The translations under genes and the position numbers were made by a program. Positions 38,313-49,700 of a stretch of DNA of 64,000 nucleotides are shown in pieces. Positions within the stretch are counted from its first letter, which is position 1. Every line of letters begins with the position of its first letter. Below the pieces are notes generated by a model. That model was not told the origin of the DNA. It saw nothing but the letters and a program-made list of their open reading frames with translations, and ran no database searches. Source of the stretch: Pocillopora damicornis (Eukaryota); contig NW_020846063.1 in the NCBI RefSeq assembly GCF_003704095.1, positions 124,001-188,000 on the forward strand, given 5' to 3'.

Positions 38313-41300
38313 CTATTCTTCTGAGATTTCCTTAGATCCTTTTAGAAACTCGGTGGCGCGGGCCTCCATACAGGCGCGATAGCCCTCCCGATGATACGCT
38401 GAAAATTGGGCAGGCGTGAAGAACTGATTGACTGTAGAATGATACGGGAATTTACCACAAAGAGAACTTGATAAACATTTCAAAATAGAGCAATGACAGC
38501 ATTCAAAGAGGCAAAACGTCAGGCGCTCCACCTCTTCTGGTTCCAAATCAGGTCCAGTCCCCCATAGGCCAGACTCGATATCGGTTTTAAAGTGATCATT
38601 CAACTCGTCCCAGCTCTTTCGCCCTCCCGGGAGGCCATCATTTGGGTGACGTGGAAGAATATAAAGCACTTTTCCGTCACCAACTTTCTGTTCTTCCCCA
38701 TCTTCGTTCAAATCGTAATACTCCACTTTAAATTGATAACTCCTCGGTCTCTTTCCCATTGGCTTATCGATTACCTTTGCTCTGATGTCTTCGATTACAT
38801 CTCTTCCATCCATTCCTAAGAATGAACATCGTAGTTTTTGTCGAGCCTGTTCCAGGGAAATGAGCAGATCGCTTGCTACTCCCGAATCCTTTTCTACAAT
38901 TCCCCCATCGACCACCAGGATCTTCTTTAACCTCCGTTTCAGTAAAGATAAAAGGGCCAGGTTTTCAATATGGCCTCCGTCACTCAGGTAAAGAATTGAA
39001 GGGGGAGTGGGACCGACATTGTCTACCCTCAAAAGTTCCCGGATGACCCTGACATGATACACGTTGACGATACACCACCTACAGAAAAAGAAGTGTACAA
39101 CTTAAGTGTTGGCTTCTCAAAGGTTGTCCTGTTTGATAAGCATTGTACCGTAATATATAATTGTAAGTTACAATGTGAAGCGTTTAATGGGCGACTCAAA
39201 AAATAAGTTCAAGATTTTTCGCTTATTCTAGTCGATTAACATTCCTTTATGTCACCATACGAACAGTTTGCTATTAAGCTCAAGATCTATATATCAACTC
39301 AAACCTGTCGCTAATCCGAACTTAAGACAATTTCTCTCCTCCTATTCCTTATTATTCCGAGCCTGTTAATTAAAATGCGATTCCCTTGAACAGACATCTG
39401 AAGAACATAACATTTCGATTGATCAGTCCGTGTTCGAAAGGATTTGAATGTTTGCAGGATGATCTCGAAAAGCTTGAAACAACTCAGGTTTTTTTTTTTG
39501 GTCAGGTTAACAATACCTTACAAAATGTTCCCAGCATCTGGGATTTTCAGCGCCCGTGGGCATGACGGCAATCAGCGTCGACACGCAGAAGAACACGAGA
39601 AAGAAGATGACGGCTCTCTCGTTCCAGACCTCACTTCCGCCCAGGATTGGTATCAAAGGTAGCAACAATATGGGAAGTGCCAGAACAAGATGAGTGAGAA
39701 CAGCGAGAAACTGGGAACAATTGGAAGGAAAGAGAGTGCTGGTCAATCATTTGCTGCTTAAGGATCATTCTTCCAAAGTCAAATAAAATTGTAAGGCTTG
39801 TTTAAAAATATATCCTTTTCTAAGGGTAAAACTCTCTTTACCCGACAGTCTCTAAATCACTACATATCCTTTTTTCTTAATTTGTTGAGGGGAAGAAATC
39901 GCTGGACGTTCACCTTCTTCCTTGACCATGATCATTAATGTCCAACGACCGCTTCATTTACTTATTTGTTTCACTGACTTACTATGGATATCACGTTTAG
40001 TGAATTATGTTTATCAGTATAAACTGTAACATACCCTTGAAAAGCATCCCCGACATCTGGATTCAGCTTTAATAGCTGCCCCCATCCCTATTCCAAGCAT
40101 AATCTGTAAGTTCTGTAATTGTTTAAGGGTGTACTCCCCCATTCGGTACGACACTACAGCTGCTGAAGTTGCCATGGCATCTACTAACTTAATATCTGCA
40201 GGATGGAGCCTGCTTTCGAACTGTTTTGCTCCCCGTGTATTGTCAATTCTTTCAATTCTGGAGGGCGCCATAGTAAATAGCTCGTACGAAGATCCTCTAG
40301 TGGAGAAACAAAACATAATTTCCATAAGACGTGGGCCGTTTTCTTGGAGGGAGAGTTCAGGAAAAGGGAATCAGTTTTATCGAATTCTGAGAAGTGAACA
40401 CCGGCCAGCACATCTCGAACAGGTCCTCTACAAGTCGCTTTGAGTGTCTACTGCGTAAAACTAGCTTGAATTCTTGCGACTGATCACAGCGACAATATTG
40501 TTCCGCGAAGACAATGATTTCACGGTTAAGATTATGCAAGATAATACAAGACCACACCCGATCTTGAGTTCAGACCGCGTTTGAAACCTGAGGAAATGTT
40601 AAAGCGGTAACTTTCATCCTAACATTCAAAGCATCAAGGAATCAGTGAGCCCAAGTCAAATCCTTTTTCAAGTGAAAATTTTGACATTTAGTCACTAACA
40701 CTCCTGTTTTAATCTTTCATGTATTATTTATTAAGATAAACTGGTTGAATTCCTGTTACCTATGTGAAGAGGGAACTCTCCATTCATGGACAGTCGTATT
40801 GCAGATGTATTCAGGTGAAATGCCAGCCAGATCGTCAAGGGTCAAAGGTCGATTCAATCTCTCAGCAAGTGAACAGCACGTAAACAAAGGAATGAAGTCT
40901 TGACACGTGAATCCGGAACAAAACGTGGACGAAGTAGTCTCGGGAGAGTAAAACGCTCTCTGGAGTCGCCACCTTGAAAAGGACAAGTATCATTTCAATA
41001 ATTGACTTAAGATGACCTCTCTTTTAAAGGATACTTGTACGAACGCAAAAAAAAGAGAAGAACAAGAAGAGAGCTAGTCTAGATGGTCAACAGTTTTGAA
41101 ATCAAAAGAAAGTCGATGCAATAAAGTAGTGAACCAAAATGGTGTATCACTCTGAAATAGGCTGAAGAAGCGGTGAAATCTCTTCAAATTGTCTAGCTTG
41201 TTCTAGTTTAACACTTTTTTAGTCTATGACGTATTTTGACAACAAGAAATACATAAAAATATTTGAGCCCTTGTGGTCTTCTCTTGCATGGGATGATCTA

Positions 41301-42812
41301 AACGAAAGATACCTTATGAACGAAAATGACATTTTGGTTGGTACATTGCTCTTGTTTTACTATTTTTCCATGGCGTTTCATCGTATCTCAGAGGTTTTAC
41401 TTTTGAATTGACGAAAGAAGTGTAGTGTTTCTTCATATATTTGGATATAAATACCTTTACTTAGCTATTAAATAATCTTCATTTTATTGATTAGCACACA
41501 CTTGACCGCAGTCACGTGATTTTCCTTATATACCATTGCTTATAAATAAGTTCATGGCATTCTAATAAAGTAGTTGTGTAGAGCACTTGGTCTGATTCAC
41601 GGGTTACTCTATAGTGGTATATCAAACTCTAATACACAACAAAAATGCACCATCAAGACAATTTGATAAACTAAAATTCATCCTTAAATTATCAGTTTCA
41701 CCACAAGTATCATTATTATCATCATCATCGTTATTGCCATCGTCATCATCATCGTCTTTGTTGTTATTGTCATCGTGACAGTCATTGTCAACGTCATTTC
41801 ATCGTCACTATCGTCGTTAACGTTACTATAATCACTATCGTCAATACCTGTTGTAAGCATGGAGAGCACTTCTTTGAAACACACCCAGTAAAGGATGGAT
41901 CCAGATTAATACTCCAGAGATCCATACTAGGATATAAAATGTAACTTCGTCGTATTTTACAGAAAGGACTTCTGTTTTATAGACTCTCCACTTAACAGCG
42001 TATGCATAACAATAGACAGCCACTGCTAAAGAAGCTTTGTTTCTGAGCGGTGGTATACCAAGCCATAAAAAAATGCTCAGAACTAAAATCATAGCATTCA
42101 GCCAATAGGGAGTCACAACCACAAACTCTTCTATGAACCACGGGAAAAAAACCATCGCAAACACGAACCCTGAGAAGTTTGACAGGAAGCTGGCAAACGG
42201 TTTTAAAGATGGACCCACCACTTTTTTGATGACAAGGAAGAAAAGAAACAACAAAAAAAGGAGAGCAAACGTAATGATCGTAGAATACATTTCAGGGCCG
42301 AATTTGGGGACGCATTCGACTGTTTCTGTCATATTGAAAAGCACGGAGGCTGCGGGATTTTCCACAAGTTCAGCTTTGGTGAAATTGTGTTTTTCTTCAT
42401 CGGGGCAGGTAAAAGGAATTCTCATCAAATAACCGAAGAAGCAATCAATGATTAAAGCAACAGGAAAAGCAAAACCAGACCAGTTGGAGACTGGAAGAAT
42501 GATTACCACTAATATGAGAAGAAAGAGAAGTGTAAAGGTATCTAAGATCCCCTGCAGAGGTTTCTGCCAGTCACAAATAATTCCGACTCTTCTGCGCATG
42601 TTTGCGAAGAATTCCCGATGCCATTTTGGATCGTCTTTCTGCTCATTCCGGTATTTCCAGTCCAGATAAGCTGTGCCTGTATAACCGCCCCCTGAAGTAC
42701 AGCTGAGGAAGTCTGGAATAGTCTCTTTTTGAAGTAGTCTGCGCAGCACACCGGAGCATAGTGCCGCTGACCGAATACCACCACCTGAGAACGCCACACC
42801 AGAGGTAGTCAT
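38313..42812 (-). CDS. Multi-pass membrane patatin/cPLA2-like phospholipase, 799 aa; exons 42812-41848, 40972-40760, 40296-40035, 39710-39517, 39078-38313
   Basis: Five GT-AG exons (965+213+262+194+766 = 2400 nt) join in frame, and an in-frame stop precedes ATG 42812. Oxyanion loop SGGGIRSA, nucleophile SCTS40GGGY, YICNTT, AMATSAA, catalytic YLSD578GGHIEN, ILVVDG. About nine hydrophobic segments lie between the Ser and the Asp. Confidence 0.88.
41700..41843. repeat. Degenerate (ATC/GTC/ATT)n triplet microsatellite at the start of patatin-gene intron 1
   Basis: Read directly; it begins just after the donor at 41847. Confidence 0.85.
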
Positions 42813-43779
42813 TCTACAATGGCTCTATCTGCGTATGACACATACTGGAACGAAAAGATACAATTAATTTATGAACGTATTTTTTTAAGAGTTTTTTAAT
42901 CCCTGAAATCCTTTTACGGCGAAAACAGGGTTTGTTTAATGACAACTGAGAAACCTTAAATACCCCATAAATCTTCAAACTAAGTATCGCTTCACCATAC
43001 GTGCAATATCTCCTCTAATGGCAGGAAAATAAAATAATTGGTTACGGGAAATTAATCAGTCTTAACGAACTGAAGCAAGGATATTTTAACTCTATAATTA
43101 CGCTGAAAGGTTGTAAAAGTATTTGGAGAAAGATGTCTAGATTGTACAGTAACGTGCTCAATAATCACTACTTTAATTTTTCGTAACTTCTTTTTGCTTC
43201 CTTTCAACAAAGCTATCATTGTCTCTAATCAAATAAGTCCAATTCTCGCTCATAGTGAACTTCACTGAATAATAAGAATTATTTCTCTATTTACTCACTG
43301 CTATTACATTCTTAAACCAAATTTTTGAAATAATTTGGAGGATTGGTAGAACAGAAAATTAGTAGGAGGAGGACACTCATGATTTGCAGTAAGAGTTCAA
43401 CATCACTCCTTCAATAATCTCAAAGAAAATATGTGGATAATAAAACGTTTCATTGTTGCTAAAGGGTGATAAACATGAATGAAAGGTTTCGTGTCAAATT
43501 TAGAGTAGAATTTATAAATATGAACAGGCTTTGCCTGAAATAAGTTACTGCTAATTTGCACGGTTTTATCGATGTAGGAAACGTTTCTGTTTGATATGGA
43601 GGGGCAATCTGCAAAAACTGTTGTTAAAAAGTCTGTCAGATGTGTTCCTAAACGGTACCAGCACTTAACACCAGGGTACCAGTGATCCCTTAAAACTCAC
43701 AGCATAAATGTATCTTTCTACTAGTAAATACCTCGTTACATGGGGACTTTTATTTTCTTCCTTGTGGGATTTTAATCAA

Positions 43780-43935
43780 TCCTTAAGAGCAGACTGAGCT
43801 CTCTGTCAATCAAAAGGATCTAATCTGCGAAGGATTCCTAACTTGATTCTCAATTGTTGACTGAGGAAGTCACACCGGTACGATTACGTCCACATCTGCG
43901 TATGACTCAAATCAGAACAAAAGGTATAAAACAAT
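43780..43935 (-). pseudogene. Decayed duplicate of the start of the first coding exon of the patatin-like gene
   Basis: ATCTGCGTATGAC occurs at both ~42827 and ~43894. CTGAGGAAGTCACACC matches CTGAGAACGCCACACC, and GILRRL matches GVLRRL. Stops and frameshifts are present. Confidence 0.45.
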
Positions 43936-44011
43936 TATCAACTTCTTTTTGACATCTTTCGAATCGTCTGGTCCCTCTTTAGCTTAAACAGGGTTTGATC
44001 ATCGACAACTG

Positions 44012-44305
44012 AATAAAGGGGACAAGTTTCCAAAGTTGTAACTCTGCCGCTGCGTCGGTGGAGGGTAGAACAGGACAACTTGGTCTCATCAGCTGAGTTG
44101 ATAATGTAAATTTGCCGCCGTAAAGAGTTCATAAAGCTCACGTTTCGAGTGAAAGTCCTTCGTCGGAGTCCGCCTTTATTAGACCTTCGTCATTCGCGCG
44201 CTCCGACGAAGGGCTAACGCCCGAAACGTCAGCTTTAGAATATGTTTATGGTGGACAACTCTCGCACATTATCAACTCAGTTGATGAAACCAAATTATCT
44301 TGTAG
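44012..44305. mobile_element. Palindromic Penelope-type element with two back-to-back minimal hammerhead motifs
   Basis: Plus strand 44200-44233: GCT-CCGACGA-A-GGGC TAAC GCCC-GAAA-C-GTC-AGC. Inverted copy at 44135-44170. Arms CTGAGTTGATAATGT / ACATTATCAACTCAG. Confidence 0.7.
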
Positions 44306-46702
44306 TAACACATGAGCAGCCACAATTTCTTATCTTCCTCATCCTTTTTCTGGTCCACATGCCACAGTTCCCCACAGCGGTGAAAATAAAACAATTTTTC
44401 AAGAGAAAATAATGGATCATACCCCACTGAATCAAAGATATTTAAGCGCACTTGCTTTAAATTTTGTGATCCTGTAGAACGAGGCAGGCTGTAAAATTTA
44501 TGAAAAGAACGATATGTACATTATCACATAGCGTTCGACTATTTGAATCAAGTGAAGTGAAATTAAATTTTCTCCTATTTCAAAATCGGACCGGCTAAAT
44601 ATGAATTTTTATAGAATTAGGTATTTTATACTTTTTAACCAAAACACTTAAAGCACCGTAGGGATTCATAGACACGCCAGATAGAAATGAGTGCACTTAT
44701 GACCAACAATAACAACTTTATATCCATGTATGATTGTTTCAAAGCGTATTACAAGTAAAAAAAAGTTCAGGTAGTCATGGTAAAGAAAAGCTTTCGTGTC
44801 AAGGTTAGGGTAGTATATGTAAATATTGACGGGTTTTGTGTCAAATATAACGCAACTGACTGGTAAAACTGCCTCGATCTTGGCAGCATTTTCTGTTTGA
44901 TATGCCTTGAAGCAACGTCAAAAAACCAAACACCAGAAATACTTCACCGATTTACTATGTATCTGAAGATACCCTTTCAAACAGAACAAAACATCGATTT
45001 ATCAACAGACTTAACACAGGTAGAGCTCCTAATTATCAAAATGTTGTGTAAAAAAAATGGATACTCAAACTCTCAAAAATTCATAGTAGAAAAGTGTGCG
45101 ACTATCTGTAAATACCTGGTTGCCTTTGAACATTTTTTTGTCGTTCTTGTGTGATTTTGGGATAAATTAGGCAGACAAAGCCTCATTCCTTAGATAAAAA
45201 TGAGCTTTTGAATCAATCATAAGGTCTTATTTGAATAAGATTCGTAACCCGTGACCTGTTAGCCACCCGCTAAAAAACATTAGCCTGTAAGCCGATCAAA
45301 AAAGTTAAAAAAATCCTCTGAACAGATTGTACTCCATAAATTCCAACAAATCTCATGGCCTGAGAATTTAAGGAAGAAGTTAGCTTAAAATTAAATCTGT
45401 TTATTTAAATATGTGTATATTAAATATGTTTGTCTCCCTCAATTTAATGGAGACAAACATGTCATTCTTTAGAATCGAAAAGAACGATCTTGAAAGTGCA
45501 GTAGATTTATTGAAAAGTTGACAAATTTCTCGTGAACTAATTAATCACTGATGAACTAATCTCGATGGAGAGCAACGGTCAAAAGGATCCATTGAATCAG
45601 TAGGGCATTCTTGCGCTCACAACAAATTTTGAAACAGTCTTTTATTAACAGCAAAAAACTAGAGAGAAAGAAGATGAAAGGAATTGTAAAGAAACGAGAA
45701 CAAAAAAATGCAAGAGGTTTATCTATTAGCAGGAAACAAACAAAATTCAATACTGAAACTCCCCAACTTCTTCATATTTATCCACACAATCTTAACATAA
45801 CACCGCGTTCCCAGCCTGAGCCCTAGGCTGAGAAATTGGGTTGTAATAATCTTGAAAATAAGTCAATTTATTAGAAAAGTTCCCACACCTGGCCTCAATC
45901 TGAAGTTGAAGGCTTTTTAGACTCGGAAATGACCGATTAAAGCAATTAATCGTAGCGCCATGAAATCCATTTCTTTTTCTTTATTATTCCTTTCAAAAAA
46001 CGCGCAACGGAGTTGCGAATTTCCTTTTTTACTGACGGATATCCCGGATGTAAACCTTCTCAGAGTTTTCTTTCGTGGCTACGATTGACGAGAAATCCCT
46101 CCAACTGTGATATTATTAGAATCGAGAGGAGACTAACAAAAATTCATGGATTAATTACATTCAAGCGCTGAGACATTCTACAATCACTTGGGCAAATTGC
46201 TTTCGATAACAGCAGGCTGACCCTATTTCAGCTGCTAATGCAGGTTGAACAATTTAATAAAAACTTGTTATTTTCATTTTCATTTCAGTTTCAATCTAGT
46301 TATATTTTTACCTAAAAAAACAACTTCAACTGTTGTTATCAAGCAAAAAATTGAGGTTGAACGGTGTTTGTCCATCCAGTTCTCTGGTAAAAACGGGAAG
46401 ACGGAAAGTTTCTGATACTAAAACGGTGACTGTAACTAATGACTCTCATAAAACTCGTACAATTTATCCATAAGAACGCTTTATTGCTTTACAGCTCCGC
46501 CCGTGAAAAATCCCTAGCAACAATTACAATTGTTAAGCTGATCTTTTATGCAAAGTATATAGCAGCACGATCGCTAATGAATGAAAAACAAACAAAAAGA
46601 AACTCGCATGAACTTAAAACAACACAGAAGGTTCGAGAGCATAACTGAAGGTTTGAAAAAGCTGCGTTTCTGTAAAAGTTGTACTTTGGCATCTTTGCAA
46701 GA

Positions 46703-49700
46703 ATGTTTTCATCGATTCTTTTTGTCGGCCTGACCCTAGCTAAAGAGTTCCTAATTTCACACGCAGTTTATAACGCAGACAGGTAAGTTTTATTTAAGTG
46801 TCAGTGAATGAAATTTAGCTTCTCTTGAGGTTGTAGTTGTCTCTTCCTCGGGTCTTGTTCTGAATGAGTTTGGGCAAAAAAAGGTTGGTCGAGCTATTAT
46901 CAAAATCACTTGAAGTAGTTCTAAACGACATTTGGTTTTAAGTTAGTGACGAGGAGTCTTTTTGAAAGCTAGATGTGTAAGTTCTTCTGTGACCATTGCA
47001 AATTGAGAACGCTCACTGCTCTAAAACTCAAACCGTAGTTTAACTTTTACCAAAACTTGACACGAAAATCCACGTTGAGGAGTTATTTTATTTCAAAATC
47101 TCAAGTTTTCCTATTGTGTACTTAAAAAAGAAGTTGAATACAAGATATTCAAAATGTTTATCAACTTTACGATCATATTTCTCTCTAAAACCTTCATCTA
47201 TTATCATCTGCGGCTGAGGGTCAGTCTCAAATTATTTATGCTAATCAAAAGAACCGCTAAAACATTTATTATCTCAGGATAAAATTATTGGGCTGCGTGA
47301 TAATTCGTGTGGGTTTGCTCCTGTAGCTCTAATGCGGCTAAATTGTGGACCATCTTTAAAGCATTTAATATCTAACAACACAAGTATCTGTTTTGTATGA
47401 TGTAAACTTTTCTGGCCTGCGTTTTCATGCTCTTCTATCCCCTATCTTCAACTGAAATTGAGAAAAACAGATAAAACCAGAGCAGGTGATTAAGACAATA
47501 GCGCTTAATTGTTAGCCTTGCTGGTCGCTTGAGATCTCGTTCAATGATAAAAACCTCTGTTTAATGGTGAAATACACAGCCCACAGAATAAAGAGAACGT
47601 CAGTGATGAATCAAATACACTACTTTTCGTGAAAACCGAGTAATTTCATTTCAGCAATAACACTCGCACGACATTGGTTTTGAAAACGTTGTTTGAGGGA
47701 TACGACAAACGGCTGCGACCCAATTTTGGAGGTAAAAGGTTATGTAGTTATACTGAGAAAGTAGTCATAAACTGTGAATATCATTCATGCGGTCAGAGGA
47801 CAACCAGGTTTAAATCAGCCACTTTTTGTTTCAATTAACCATGAAAATGTCTCACTATTAAAAGCCTCCCTATTAAGAAAATAAAATAAAATTGGCCCGC
47901 GTAATGATTTTGTAAAAGTTCACGTTTTGCTGTGCATGTTTCGTCCTGTTATAGGCTGGGAAAGATTTGAATCAAATTTTAAACTCTAAGCAAGAAAATT
48001 AGGACATTTTCATTTGCGTAGTTTTTTTTTCAGGTCAGGCTCAGATTCAAACTAGTTCACGGATTATCTCAAATTACGTTTTAATGAATTATCACAAAAT
48101 GGAATTAATATCTACATAAATCACTTCATCTTTATTCAAGATAAAATATGTCTTTAACCGCATCCTTTTTAAAACATACCACTTAAAACAGCAATTAGCT
48201 CGGAACGTGAATGAATCCACATTATTGTGCTTCATAATGCAACCAGCTGCTTGCAGTTTTCATGATTATGAATCAGCGAAGCCAAGAAAATAGTTGATAG
48301 ATGAGGTTAAAAATTTAGAAAGGTTCAATCAAGTGTTTGCAGTATCCATTAACTCTTTGATCGCTAAGAGTGGTAGGCATCCATTTTCTCCCGACAATTT
48401 CATCGCTGAATCAAAATCGAGGTTATAAGATTAAAGAAAATTATCAAGAAGGAAAAAATGTCTTGGTTTTGAAACATCTTGTCTCCTTTTCAGTATCACA
48501 GGAAATTAATTTGGAACAATTTGGAGATTAAGCACACTGATTTTAGGGTGTAAATAAAATACGATGATTATCACAACTCCTAACACTTTCTTTCGAAGGT
48601 CCTCCATGCAAAGTCAACATTTCTATGCATGTTTTGTCAATGGTGCCAATCAAAGAGATTGATATGGTAAGTTCTATGTGGCGAACGTGGCTTGGTTTAC
48701 AAAAAAAGCTCATAACTCTTTTTCTCTCCCAGCAGACTGATGAGAGTCACCGGAGAATACTGGACTTTTATATTCAACGGTCAAAATATCTTTATCGAAA
48801 CCCTGCGTACGACTATTATCTACTCAAATAAGTCATAGAGGATTCCAAATAATTAATAAGCGGATCGGTCATTACTTATCACCAGAGGGCCGGGAGGGTC
48901 TGGGGGTGGGAGGTTGATCACATGGTTTTTAGTGAGGGACGGAGGGGGGAATCAATCGTCGCTAACAAAGTATAAAAGGGGGGGGAGGGGGAGCGATAGA
49001 TAACTGCCAATGAGCGGGGAGCATTAGAATAGTACAGAGCCTTAGGAAGAACAGATAACCTTTATTGTGACACAACCAATAATCCCCCGTCCCACTTTGG
49101 CGATAAATAATGAAGGTTCCTGGATAGATCAGAGAAATCAGTTTTTGTCGCATGCAAAGCCTGGCTTTAGTTGAACTGGGGTAAGAACAAATCTTGTGAA
49201 TATTCTAATATTCAGGAGGAAGGGGGCACAAATTGGAACCAAAAAACACAAGAACAGGGATTATCTTGAGAGGAACTGTATTCGTTCGACTAGGGAATAT
49301 TTCACCTCATAAAAACCTCTCACAGGGGAGGGGTGGAGAGTGTTTAGCTATCGGATGAATATGAAGTAAAGTTATACAAACTTGTCGTTTAACTTTAGTT
49401 GCCTCGTATTAATAGATTCTGAAATGTTTCATGTATAGATCATGTGGCTGTTTGTTATTTTTATATGAACGAAGGAGGCGACATTCGTGATGTTTTTTCG
49501 TCAGCATTGGTTCGACCCTCGTTTGGCTTATGGCCCCACCCTTGGAATGCCTAAAATGAAGCTGAGTGGGAACATTGTGGACCAGGTTTGGATTCCAGAC
49601 ACGTATTTTGTCAACGATTTGACCCAAAAAACATCCTGCGCAGATTTTATGTTCGAACTCTCACAAGAAGGTGTCATCACGCATAGTTGCAGGTTAGTTT

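Noticed and set aside
40460-40587. Possible extra patatin exon after the acceptor-like TTCCTCAG at ~40588
   Set aside because: It hits an in-frame stop in the required phase, and the gene joins cleanly without it.
41684-41884. Asp/Thr/Met-rich ORF
   Set aside because: It is a translation of an intronic triplet microsatellite overlapping the patatin exon end in another frame.
38313-42812. Bacterial contamination as the source of the patatin-like ORFs
   Set aside because: It has four phase-consistent spliceosomal introns and host-like composition, and it is contiguous with host repeats and the channel gene.
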